This document shows positions 53,207 to 64,000 of a stretch of DNA of 64,000 nt, piece by piece. The stretch spans positions 35,714,001 through 35,778,000 of the forward strand of contig NC_045696.1 of NCBI RefSeq assembly GCF_009834535.1, in the 5' to 3' direction. This stretch comes from Camelus ferus (Eukaryota). Made by a program: the position numbers and the translations under genes. Every line of letters begins with the position of its first letter. Within the stretch, counting starts at the first letter, position 1. Under the pieces are notes generated by a model. That model searched no databases. It was not told where the DNA came from and worked only from the letters and a program-made list of their open reading frames with translations.

Positions 53207-53472
53207 GTAAAACTTTTGGATGTGATCAATACCACACCTGGATTACATTATCTATTTCTGTATTCATCTTTTTTTTTTACTCTTTATTGAATTTCCTGCA
53301 GTTACCATCACTAATGAAATTGTTATTATTTCAACTTCCTTTACACTCTTCAGGGCTCCTGAAAATTTACCTCCAGTTGATACTTTGCTCATCTCCATAA
53401 TCTCAGAGAATTACGTACTGCAAATACTAAGGGAATTTAATGGTGATCCTTCAAATTTCCTATTTTCTATCT

Positions 53473-53492
53473 CACACACACACACACACACA
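53473..53492. repeat. (CA)n microsatellite
   Basis: cacacacacacacacacaca. Confidence 0.9.
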
Positions 53493-53959
53493 AAAACCCT
53501 CAATATTATCACCTGTACTATTTCATATGCAGAAAAAAGAATCTTTATGGTCAAGGACAAAGCCTCAAAATGTATTCTTGAATCCATCACTTCCCCCTCT
53601 TTCGAGGACCTTACTGTAACCACTATCGACTGTTCTATTGCATTTCCAACCTTATATGTTTTGCTGAGTCCTACCTACCTAGGTGAGATTACACTTAGGT
53701 CTTTTCTCCCAGAAAGGGAAAGCATAATCAAATTTAATTGGGACATTAAATTTCTCTTTGTTTCTTTTTACTATTACACAATTAATTGATCCCATTTATT
53801 CCTTAATCTTCATACAATGAACATAACATAAACATTTTTTTCATGTTGTCAGAATTTCTGCAGGTTTCAGCTTTTAAAGATTTTACCTCAAAAACATTTT
53901 TGTTAGTTTCATGTCACTATCTCACAGATATTATTTCTTAATCCTGTGTCACAGGCTTA

Positions 53960-54130
53960 TATCACGATCATAGAAGATGCCTTATTTAATTATTACTAAA
54001 AAACCTAATGAAGTAGATACTATTATCTTCTAATTTTACAATATAAGATGTCAAAGATAAATAAATTGTCCAACACAATGCTGCTGATAAGTGGAGTAGA
54101 TTTAATCCTGATTTTTCTTGCTCTTCATCC
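53960..54130 (-). mobile_element. MIR SINE
   Basis: aacctaatgaagtagatactattatcttctaattttaca...gataagtggagtagattt. Confidence 0.55.
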
Positions 54131-54300
54131 TAAACACATCTTTTCCTAAAGTCCACCAAAAAATAAACAACCTACAAATTGTAATTAATTGCAAAATAAA
54201 TATAAGCTAACATTATAATAAAGAAAATTTATTTAATCTTAAATTGCAATAGTCAAAATGTTACTATCAAGAGAGCAAAAATACATGAACTTCTGTACTT

Positions 54301-54412
54301 AATTTTTTTTTTTTTTTTTTTTTACTTTTTACAAACCCTTGTGTCAAAGGCTGACTTTCAATAAATAGATCGCAGTAAGGGAGCTACTCTGCTACATACG
54401 AAACACTGACCC
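54301..54412 (-). pseudogene. Retroposed 3'-terminal 28S rRNA fragment with poly(A) tail (SINE28-like)
   Basis: 54331-54412 is the reverse complement of the 28S rRNA 3' end (GGGTCGGGGTTTCGTACGTAGCAGAGCAGCTCCCTCGCTGCGATCTATTGAAAGTCAGCCCTCGACACAAGGGTTTGT); T-tract 54303-54330; TSD acttctgtactt (54289-54300) / acctctgtactt (54413-54424). Confidence 0.93.
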
Positions 54413-54434
54413 ACCTCTGTACTTTTAACCGGTC

Positions 54435-54785
54435 AAGCAATTTGGCAAGCTTTTAAGATGACACTAGTAAACAGAAGCTAAATTAGTGACCTTGCGAATG
54501 ATGTAAGACCTAACAATCATATCATATGAAGAATGTCTTCAGGGATTGAGAATGTATACCTAAGAAGTATAGATTTAGGGAGATGGAAAGGCATTTTGCA
54601 ACTGCCCAAGGGAAAGAAGTCAAATTTGACTTAGATAGATTTAGGAGGGAGAAAAGGACCAAAAATTAGTAGATACAGGAAAGCAGATTTTTCTCAAAAC
54701 AAAACAATATTAAAGTTATTAAATTTGGAAAAATCTAAATCATCATTAGTTAATTCCTATCACTGAAAGCATGTAAAAACAGCAT
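54435..54785 (+). mobile_element. L3/CR1 3' remnant
   Basis: gatacaggaaagcagatttt...tagttaattcctatcactgaaagcatgtaaaaacag resembles an L3 3' end. Confidence 0.4.
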
Positions 54786-55667
54786 GGCTACAGAAACAAA
54801 TCATTATTACTTACAAAAAGATGCACAAGCTATAGACCTGTGCTTTCCACTCTGTCCCTCCCCAGGCCCTAGGCCCATTCCCCACAAGAGATCTTTATTA
54901 CCAGTTTCCTGTATCTTGCTCCAGAGATATTCTAGTTCTGTGCATGCATTTTACATAGTTGGTAGAAAGTTCACAGACTTTTCTGAACTTTCTCTTTTCC
55001 TTTATAGATATTTCATATCAGTACTTAAGACACTGTCTTATTCCTCTTAGTAGCTTCATAGAGATCCATTTAATATATGCAGAATACTATGTAGGCGTGG
55101 TATCCTATTGTAATCATGTAGGTGTTTTCAGTCTTGTCTAACAAACACAAAAGCATCTTTTGCTTGTATCTGAGTCTATAATAGAGTATCTGTAAGATAA
55201 ACTTCTAAACATGAAATTTCCAAGTTAAAGGGAATGTATATTTTAAATTTTGACAGCTACACAGAAATTTACACTGTGCCACAAACAAGAAAATGTAGTT
55301 TTTGTTTCATTTAAACGTTCATAAAAATGTAGCTTTTGTTTCATTTCTCTTAAGTTGAGCAACTTTTCATTTTTTTGAAAATCCATTTGTATTTTATTTT
55401 ATGGGTACTTCTGTTTTCGTGCTCTATACCATCTTGTTAATGAGTTGTTGGTCTTTTTCCTATCAATTTGCGGGAGCACTTTATACATTAAGTAAACAAT
55501 AATTGAACTGTCCTAATTTTTGCAAATGTTTTCAGAATTTTCCTTTGCCTTTTGATTTTGTTCATGCCATTTATATAGATTTTTTTTAAATTAATTTAAA
55601 TTCACCAATTATTTCTCATAATTTCTGACTTTGATTTTATGTTATGCAATTCTACCTCCATTATCCT

Positions 55668-55801
55668 GGTTCTGTCTCATTTTTTGGAGAGAGGGTGGTA
55701 ATTAGTTTTACTTATTTATTTAGAGGAGGTACTGGGGATTGAACCCAGGACCCTGTGGTTGCTAAGCATACACTCTACCACTTGAGCTATTCCTCACTCC
55801 C
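55668..55801 (-). mobile_element. tRNA-derived SINE, camelid Vic-1 type
   Basis: ggtaattagttttacttatttattt...gaggtactggggattgaacccaggacc...ctctaccacttgagcta; TSD ttctacctccattatcct (55650-55667) / ttctactgccattatcct (55802-55819). Confidence 0.92.
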
Positions 55802-56230
55802 TTCTACTGCCATTATCCTAATTGTATAAAACACTCTCTCATGTTTTCCCCCATTGCATTTGGGTTTGTTTTTGTATTACTACATAAGAAAAAAATTTTT
55901 AAGATGTCAGATATAGATTTAAATATTTCTCAGGTATCTGCTTGTTAAAAATGTTATCAACTAATCTATCTTTTCCTCACTGATAGGTAATGACACCTTT
56001 ACTATACAATGTATTCCCTATACATGTTGGTCTATCCATCCATGTGTCAGTATCTACCACGGCATGTCAAATATATTTTAATAAATGTTTGGGGTAGTTT
56101 TGTCTAACACTTTTATGTTTTAGATTTCTTGAAACTATAATTACATATTTTCTCATATGACCTACAGAATCAACTTAGATTAAAAATTAAGCCAGTTATG
56201 AATTTGTAGAAATTATATTAAGTTTTAGAT

Positions 56231-56453
56231 TAAGCATCAGCAAATTCTAACTCATAGATCAAACTGACCTCTCACCTGTCTTTGTAGATAAAATTTTATT
56301 AGAACACAGCCACATTTATTTATTTAGGTACTATCTATGGTTGCTTTTGTGCTATAACATAAGCAATAAGAAGTTGTGACACTGACTATATAAACTATAA
56401 CATGAAAAATATTTAGTATTTGGGCTTATACAGAAAAGATTTGTTGATCTCTG
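56231..56453. mobile_element. MER58A hAT MITE (opposite orientation to the 37390 copy)
   Basis: tgtagataaaattttattagaacacagccac...tatctatggttgcttttgtgcta...aaatatttagtatttgggcttatacagaaaag. Confidence 0.8.
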
Positions 56454-56454
56454 T

Positions 56455-56872
56455 TGTGGGTTAGTGTTCCAGTAATATATTACCAAATGTCCAAGGTAAT
56501 CACCAGTTCTCACTGGCTCAACACAATAAAATTGTATTTCTTGTGCCTACTATTAATTCATAGCAATCCAGTGAAGGTAGCGGGGGTTGTCACTTCTTAC
56601 CACAGCTACTCAGGGACCCAGGCTAACAGAAGCTTCATACTGAAATTTTCTACCATAAGTCCTATAGAAAAGTGTAATAATAGAAGCATATTAAATCATG
56701 CACTGGTACTTAATGCTTCTTCCTGGAAGTAACATATGGAACTTCTCATATTTTATTGGCCAAAGCAAATCACATGGCCATATTTAACTTCAAGGTAACA
56801 TGAAAGTCAACCCTACTGTGCTCAGAAGAAAAAAGAGACAACTTTTGGTGTACACCGTTAATATCGACCATA
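56455..56872 (-). mobile_element. Old MaLR LTR (MLT1J/K/L-like)
   Basis: actcagggacccaggct; cctggaagtaaca...ttctcatattttattggccaaagcaaatcacatggcc. Confidence 0.7.
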
Positions 56873-59302
56873 ATTAATGTAAGAAGAACTGCCATTTCTT
56901 GAATGTTGAGGCATTCTATTCAAAAATATCATATGACTGGAAAAATCATTAAGATTTATATCAGATCTTTACATAGTATATTTATTTCCTTCAAACAGCT
57001 CTTGGGCAATTTTTGATATGTTTACTGCTCAGTCCCGTCACTGTTTTTACTAATGTAAATGAGATTTCTAATTCCTTATTGTTTGTATGTTAAAAATTAT
57101 TGATTTTATGTCTTACATTTTATTCCTAGCCATAATATTAAATACCATCATTGTTCTTACTGAATTTTTAGGAGTTTTATTTGGATTTTCTAGGTACACA
57201 ATAATTTCTTGAGAAAATAATCATTTTGTCTTTGACATAGCTCATATTTAAGTTTCTTTCAAAGGCTGAATTTCCATAGTGTGCTTGACCTAAATGTGTA
57301 TCCTACAGTTAGTTTCTTCCTTCCTTCCTTCCTTCACTCACTCATTTAACATTCAATCAGTATTTAACATAAAAATAATACTTTATTATGCACTACAGAT
57401 TGAAAGATGAACTAAACACAGTAAGTACTTGCTTTGAGGAACACATTTTACATAGCCAGAAATATTCATAATTGTACAACATGAAAATCCTATATGGAAG
57501 ATTTAAAATGTCATGTGAAAAAATCTAGTAAAGTATATCAAATGTGGTATTGAGATTTAGCAATGACTAAATAAGTAAGTATGATGATGTTCCAAGATCA
57601 GTTACTGTCATTGTAAAATAATTATATACTTAAAAAGCATTGAAAATAAACATATTTGTATCTTGAACATTTTGCTTCATTTCTCAATGTACATACTTCT
57701 GAAAACTACGAATTTCACAGTATCAGGGGCACCGTAACTTCTTTTTAAATTTCTTGCTGCAGCACCCAGTATTGTTGCACCTTCAGTGAACTCTCAGTTA
57801 ATTGTGACTAAATTCATTTATTAGCAGCCTGCTTTGAACTTGATTGAGCTCAGGATGTTTCTAAGACGTAGGAGAGATTTTTGAGAGCTAACAAACATAA
57901 CAAACTAACAAAAAAAAAACTGCAGCAGGTACAAGTAGGTTTTCATATTATCAATACCATGGTTGGAGATCATAACCATGATGGAGATCATTTAATTGTG
58001 ATCTACTTGCGGAAGCCTCCTATGTTATGAATTTCATTTTTTAGATTCATGGCAGAAGTAGCTGACACGACAAAATTCAAGGGCATTTAGAAATATTTAC
58101 CTTGCCTGGACCAGTTTTGAAATGTCTTCACTTGGGAGGAAGTGGCCTTTGCCAGTTACAAGGGACTCAATTCTCCCACTTCTGTTTCAGAGGCCTGAGG
58201 GTGATTTGACAACTGACTCCTTTTCAGTTCCCTGGAGAATCTACTTAAATTGAGAAGAAAACAATCATCATAAATCATACACGATGTCTTGAGACTTAAC
58301 ATTTTTCATATAACTCAGAGGCTACTCCGATCACGACACTTGAATGACATACAATAATAAGGTGTGTGGACCTCCAATTATCAAATCAGGGTGGTCTCAG
58401 AAGAGGGTCGGGATTTTTTAAATTGCAATATATTGTTAACAAATTGTGATTAAATGCTGGGTCAGGTTAGCAGAGAAACTATCTCATCTTTGTAACTATC
58501 CGTTTCATTAAGTTGAGAATCCAGCAAAGTGTAACCAAATTTCAGGAGAAATTACACAAACTGATTAATGGACAAAACACATGGCATCAGATCTCTTCTG
58601 GAAGATTTTTTCCCTCCATAATTTGTAACTTTATTTTGGAGACACGCATTATTATAGAGGAACTGGTGGTACATTAGCTCAAATATACACACAATTTTCT
58701 TCAGTTATTTACATCTCAGAGACCAAATATTTTCTTCAATTGTCAAAAATGTATACACATTGAAGCTGTATATACATTCCAAAAAATTCATTCTTGAATT
58801 TTGGTTACATTCTTACTATTTGATTTTTAGTAAAAGATGTCATTAAGAAAACAAAATATCCCTTCAACTCGTTGTTTATATTAAAACTAAGAGAGGTAAC
58901 ATCAATCAATAAATATGGTTTGTGGCCACTATTTGATAATTTGTGAAGGAAATGGAACACACAAAGCAGAGAGTAAACCTCCAGTGCCTCCTCTTTACTC
59001 TCACCTGTCATTATTGGATCTTCCAAAGTTTTCCTAAACCTACTTTCTGAACTTATCTCCCACTCTTCCCCAACGTTAACATTTTTGCTAAAGCCAAACT
59101 GATTTACTCATTGTTTCCTATGCATGCTTTATATTTTCTAACCTCTTTTCTCCAATAATTCACACAAATACAATAAAAATATATGAAAACTGTGCTCATA
59201 TTTTATGATCTCTTTTAAATATATTTTTATTCATGTAGTTTTCACAATACCATTCCAGTCTGTAATGATCTCTCTTTAACTAAACTCATAGAACTTAGTC
59301 AA

Positions 59303-59510
59303 CAGTGCTTCCCAAGCTGTTCATGCCATGCTAGCAAAAAGAATCAATAAAATCGTACAACACACTGTGGTGAAACAGCATGCCTTTTCACAGTATTGGA
59401 GGCAAATTAACAGAGGCTCCAAAAGCCGCAGATCCAGCAAGGCCAGTGAAGATGAAGAGTGTGGTGCAGCTGAAATCTGGTGTGCTACAGCAAAGAGCTG
59501 AGCTCTAAAT
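59303..59510. mobile_element. Old hAT-Charlie-type MITE
   Basis: Begins cagtgcttcccaa; internal caacacactg and ggtgtgctacagca resemble Charlie subterminal motifs. Confidence 0.35.
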
Positions 59511-59661
59511 CGATTCATTAACAACATGTCAGGTGCTGTCATATCATGACTTGCACCATTCTTAGTACTGGCGTCCTCTTGCCCTGTTTCAAAAAGATCA
59601 CACACTTTTTGACAGTAAGAAAGATGTCTTCTAAATGATATTTATTTGTTGGTTGATTGGC

Positions 59662-59953
59662 TTCATTTAAATTTTGGTAAAATATATGTAACATAAAATT
59701 TACAGCTTTGAATATTTTTAACTACAATTGACATTTTGTGCAATCCTCATCACCTTCCATCTTCAGAACTTTTTTCATCTTCCAAAACTGAAGTTCTGTC
59801 TGCCTCCCTCCCCTAGTCCCTGGCACCCACTGCTCTGCTTTCTGTCTCTATGAATTTGACTACTGTATGTACCTCATATAAGTGGAATCATACAGTATTT
59901 TCCTTTTGTGACCAGCTTATTTGCTTAGCATGATGTCTTCAAGGTTCATTTAT
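59662..59953 (-). mobile_element. L1MB-type 3' end fragment
   Basis: ggtaaaatatatgtaacataaaatttac...cagaacttttttcatcttccaaaactgaa...ttctgtctctatgaatttgactact...aagtggaatcatacagta. Confidence 0.85.
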
Positions 59954-60869
59954 AATTGTTTTTAAACATGATAGTGATTAGTATGTTGTACATCATCCAG
60001 AAAAAATATATTTACAATTATTTGTTTATTAATCATGTTTCTCGGTAAGCAGCTGATATTTAGTAGCAACAATTATGTATTAGAGGAGTTTTTTCTGATT
60101 ACATTAGAAATTGTGAATCATCTCTAAGCTTTATTACATCTGATATCTTTGATTCTCTATTAAACTCTTTTAATGAGAATCAATATAGTCATTTGTTTGA
60201 AGGGGGTTATGACTGACTTCTTTACTAATTGACTTTGATGTATGGATTAGAGTTTATCACAAAATCACATAGTCTTCACTTGACCCTAATAATTCAATTA
60301 TTTTAAATTAGATTATAATGTCATGGTCATTAATAAGATCATGTCTCTTGATGCTTCTTGTTCTTTGGAGGGTTTCTAATAAACTTGTTAAGATGATTGT
60401 TTCTAAAATCCATCATTTTCCTCTAAATAATTATTAATGATTTACTGGTTTATAGAATCAAACTTAGTACACTAAATTTCTTTGTTATTGGTTATGATCT
60501 TTAGTTAAATGAATGGCCTCATCCTCTGGACAGGATTCTGTCTGTAATAAACAGCATACTGACAAAAGCCAATGAATAAAAATTTACTAACATTAAAATA
60601 AAATAATTTTTGAGAACAAAATAGACTTTTAAAACTAATACTGAGAGACAATTCCAAATTCAAGTGTTTTACCTATGGCCTGTGACGTTCCTATGTACCT
60701 ATGGCCTATATTTTGTGATTTTTGTTGCTCTAATTTATTTTATAACTAAGTTCTAAAATTATTTCAAATGAGTTTGTTCATGAGTCCTGTGAATAATCTA
60801 GTTGAAGTATATTAATGCAGAATGCTTTTTTATCTTGAGGTTTTCCTCCCTTCTTTTATATCTATTTTG

Positions 60870-61530
60870 AATATTCATTAGCTATTGTACCTAAGTGTCA
60901 TAACTTTCAAAGTCATGATCTGATTTCAAAGTGTATTCAAAGTGCATTAACTCTAAATAAATAAACTTAAAATTATTAGTTTACATGATATATTAAAAAT
61001 GATGACATAATAATAAAACATTTAATTAAATATTTATTTTAATAGCAAGCAACAGTGATGGTGACTGAGAAAATGCAGATATTTTTCTACTTCGCATTGC
61101 TAATTTTCAAAGTGTGCTAAAAATTCAATGTATTTTTCTGCCTCAATTTTTCAAATTTAGTTCTATAATACTTGATGAGAGAATGTGCAAAAAATAATTT
61201 ATTAAAGTAAAAGAACATTTTAGTAACAGTTTTGGAAAAATATAGTATGAGTTTTAAAAAGAAAAAGAAAATCTAACATTGATCTTGCTAATTTGTTGCA
61301 TAATAGAAAACTTCAGATTTATATATATGAATAATTTTTCTAACATTTATGTGAATGCCAGCATTCTCTTCTTGAAAAAATTCAGGATTTTTTTCATAAG
61401 TCATAATACAAAAATAACTGCATGTAATTTAAACATTGTAGGTATATTTTTCAAATGGGCAACATAATAAAGTATGGTTAACTTGCAATTCATCAGATAC
61501 TACCAACATTTTAAGCCATAAGTTCACATA
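60870..61530 (-). mobile_element. Possible decayed hAT transposase C-terminal remnant
   Basis: Very AT-rich; the - strand ctgttact...ttctttt...ttaataaattattt loosely resembles the hAT dimerisation-domain coding region. Confidence 0.25.
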
Positions 61531-61584
61531 AAGTGAAAATCCGTATATTTTTTATACCATTCCCCTGGTTTTGGCCCTAATCAC

Positions 61585-62260
61585 TGTGTCATTCAGAACA
61601 TAGTCAGGAAAACAAAAACCATTCTACATAATCTAAATATAATGGCTTAATATGGATTTAGATGACTGCTAAAAGAACTGGTATAGCAGAAGTTAGTGAA
61701 AAGGCCATTATAGAGCAGGTAAGCTGCTGCCAAATGCTAGGAAAGCATGCATTGGAAAAGCGCAGTTTAAAGCATCAAAGTATGTCCTTCCCAACAGCTT
61801 GAAAGAAAGCTGCTGTAATTCTCAAGAACCTCTATGAAGTTTGCCCTTGTCTCAGTCGTTAGCAACAAAGTACAGGGTCTCTGTGGGAAGTAGGAGGCCA
61901 CTGAGAATTTCACATCTCTCATACATTTGGCTTCCTTTGATTTCTCCTTTTTTCTGCCTTTCGTATCTAGGACTGGTTCCCTCTAATTAGAAAAGTAGAC
62001 TTGAATCAAAGAAGGAAAGCATTTCTGGAAAATGTTGTTCCCAGCAATACAGAGGAGACCTGGAAAGGGAAAATGGTATGTCAAGTTGAAAACGGATAAT
62101 CTGATAGTTTGTCTTTGGTGTCCATTGCTTCTTCCACATTTAAGTTTTGAATAAGTTTCAGGATAACATGATGCAACTGCCCAACTAAAGACATGCTTGC
62201 CCTCTCCTGGGAAGGAGAGACACAAAGTCTAATTTACCACTTCATGTATCACAGTATGAT
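61585..62260 (-). mobile_element. Old ERVL LTR (LTR33/LTR41-like) with a possible internal 3' stub
   Basis: tgtgtcattcag...agtcaggaaaacaaaaaccattcta; tctggaaaatgttgttcccagc; ggagagacacaaagtc. Confidence 0.45.
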
Positions 62261-62359
62261 TCATTTGCCGTCAGCAAGTAGATATGTCTTAAAAGATGTA
62301 CACAAGTCCTTCATGCTCAGACGCAATGCCACCAGGCAGTAATGCTGAGCCATACACAC

Positions 62360-63230
62360 AAAAATAAAGAACACCAGTAAAAGTAACTGCATAGGTAAAT
62401 ATAAAAGACAGTGGAAATACATATTTTCTCTCTCCTTCTCTTAACTAATTTATAAGAAAATTACATACAACAAAAATTATAAAAATGTTCTGTTGAATTT
62501 ACACAATATAAAGATGTAGTATATATAATAATATGTCAGTAATAACAAAGAGGTGAGCAATGGCGCTCTGTTGGAGGAAAAGTCCTGTATTTGTTGAAAT
62601 GGATAGTATTAATTTGAAGAAATTGTTATAAATTAAGATATATATTGTAATTCCTAGCGTAAAGAAAGCAACAAAAAATGAACAAAAATAGTGAACTATA
62701 AAATATGTACATAGCACTAAAGAGCACAGAAATACAGGTACAGAAGGGAAAAAAGAAGTGAAACAAAAACAAATAAATAACAAAATGTGAACTGTAAATC
62801 CAACCATAACAATAATTACTTTAGATATAAATTGACTTTAAAATACAAAAACAGATTTTTAATTCAATTAAAAAAAAGCAAAGCAAGGTCATTCTCTACA
62901 TGGTTGGTAAGAAGAAATCTTCAGATTCAAAAGTTTAAATAGATTAAAAGTAAAAGAGCAGAAAAATATGTTATACAAACAGTAAACATAAGAGAGCTGG
63001 AATAGCTACATTAATATCAAACAAAATAGTCTGAGACAAAAAAAGTTACCAAAGACAAAGATGAAGATTTTATAATGATAAAAGCTGAATTCTTCAGGAA
63101 GGGATGATGATTGTTTTGGAACAAATTAACACAATCACCAAAACTTTATCGATGAAGATAAAGGAGAGAAGACACCAAATAATAAAATTAAGGAGTGAAA
63201 GAGGGGATGTTACTAGTGATCGTACAGGTA
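62360..63230 (+). mobile_element. Old L1 inter-ORF region plus ORF2 5' fragments
   Basis: aagaacaccagtaaaagtaactgcataggtaaatataaaagac; taaatccaaccataacaataattacttta; gagctggaatagctacattaatatcaaacaaaatag. Confidence 0.75.
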
Positions 63231-63384
63231 AGTAAGCCTTAAGATGGAATACCAGGAACCGCTCCATAGGTATTCAATTTTGTATGCAGAGGGAGGAAAG
63301 CAAAATTAAAAAATTTTAATGGAAATAAACGACGTATAAGAGGCAACACTGAAGAAAAATACATATATATACACACACATATAT

Positions 63385-63700
63385 TTATGACTTTTGAGGG
63401 GTGCAGTTTTAAGTTTATGACAAAGTTGAAAGTACAGGGGTTTCCCACAATCTCCCTGCCCTCACACATGCATATCTTCCCCCACTATCAACATCACTCA
63501 CCAGAATGGTACTTTCTTTTTTTTTTTTTTTTTGGCCAAGAATGAACCTACGTTGAAACATAAGCATCCAAAGCCCATAATTTACCTTAGCGTTCACTCC
63601 CGCTGTGGCGCATTCTATATGTTTGGAAAATGTATGTGATGTCCATCCTTCTTTATCATATCATACAGAGTATTTTTACTGTCCTAAAAATCCTCTGGGC
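63385..63700 (-). mobile_element. L1MC1/2-like 3' end fragment
   Basis: cccactatcaacatcactcaccagaatggtac...aatgaacctac...catccaaagcccata...atacagagtatttttactgtcctaaaaatcctctg. Confidence 0.85.
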
Positions 63701-63779
63701 CAGGATATGTTTAAAACTTCAAAAATTACTTTTTGAAATGTATTTCCTCTCAGTTGACAACACTGATATGGGAGAAACA

Positions 63780-63992
63780 GGCTGGAAGAGTATATATTTG
63801 AACCAAAGTGACCTGGATTCAAATCCTGTCCAGTCCCTTTTTAGAAATGGGTTACTGAAAATATGGCTTAGTTCTTCCTGAGTCTAATTTCTTTATCAGT
63901 AAAATAAGGGTATAAAATAAATCTTACGATTAAGACGTGACATATACGAAGTGCTTAGCATTGTGCCTGGCAACTAAACAGTCAATAAACAA
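63780..63992 (+). mobile_element. MIR SINE
   Basis: gacctggattcaaatcctg...ttctttatcagtaaaataaggg...gaagtgcttagcattgtgcctggca...caataaa. Confidence 0.75.
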
Positions 63993-64000
63993 TTCTGTAT

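Larger units (their letters stand above)
54800..57235 (-). mobile_element. Old L1 (L1ME-like) 3' end and ORF2, interrupted by Vic-1, MER58A and MLT1
   Basis: accagtttcctgtatcttgctccagagatattct (L1ME 3' end); gttgagcaacttttcat...ccatttgtatt; resumes at ~56880 with aagaactgccatttcttgaatgttgag. Confidence 0.65.

Noticed and set aside
53385..53789. Longest ORF in the window (134 aa)
   Set aside because: Non-ATG start, spans a (CA)n microsatellite and L2-like debris, no domain resemblance.
54331..54412. Functional rRNA gene
   Set aside because: Only about 82 nt, CpG-decayed, with a poly(A) tail and TSD; a retrocopy rather than rDNA.
55290..57991. Small tandem duplications (aaaatgtag.ttttgtttcattt x2 at ~55290-55350; accatg..tggagatcat x2 at ~57956-57991; also atttggttcagaa x2 near 11090)
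   Set aside because: Two-copy slippage duplications; no array or CRISPR-like repeat-spacer structure.
1..64000. Prokaryotic systems (CRISPR, operons), NUMT, snRNA/7SL/Y-RNA copies, processed protein pseudogenes
   Set aside because: None recognised by eye. The DNA is clearly mammalian, and very diverged copies cannot be excluded without BLAST or Infernal.

Overview
AT-rich, CpG-poor mammalian genomic DNA, most likely camelid (alpaca/llama/camel): two TSD-flanked tRNA-derived SINEs match the camelid Vic-1 type. I recognise no protein-coding gene, and every ORF I can interpret is LINE-1 debris or chance. The window reads as intergenic or deep intronic sequence full of interspersed repeats (L1, L2, L3/CR1, MIR, MaLR/ERVL/ERV1 LTRs, MER5/MER58/Tigger MITEs). 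Most notable: (i) a poly(A)-tailed, TSD-flanked retrocopy of the exact 3' end of 28S rRNA at an L1 endonuclease site (54301-54412); (ii) a nest of L3 > MLT1 LTR > L1 > antisense L1, whose inner L1 keeps its true 5' end fused directly to distal ORF2; (iii) an ancient element bounded by ~120-bp direct repeats that each have short inverted termini (4340-6077); (iv) a young CpG-retaining ERV1-type solo LTR with a perfect 4-bp TSD; (v) several enhancer-like motif and palindrome clusters. Repeat family names come from remembered consensus sequences, not a database search, so subfamily calls are provisional. I see no convincing evidence of a wholly new biological system.
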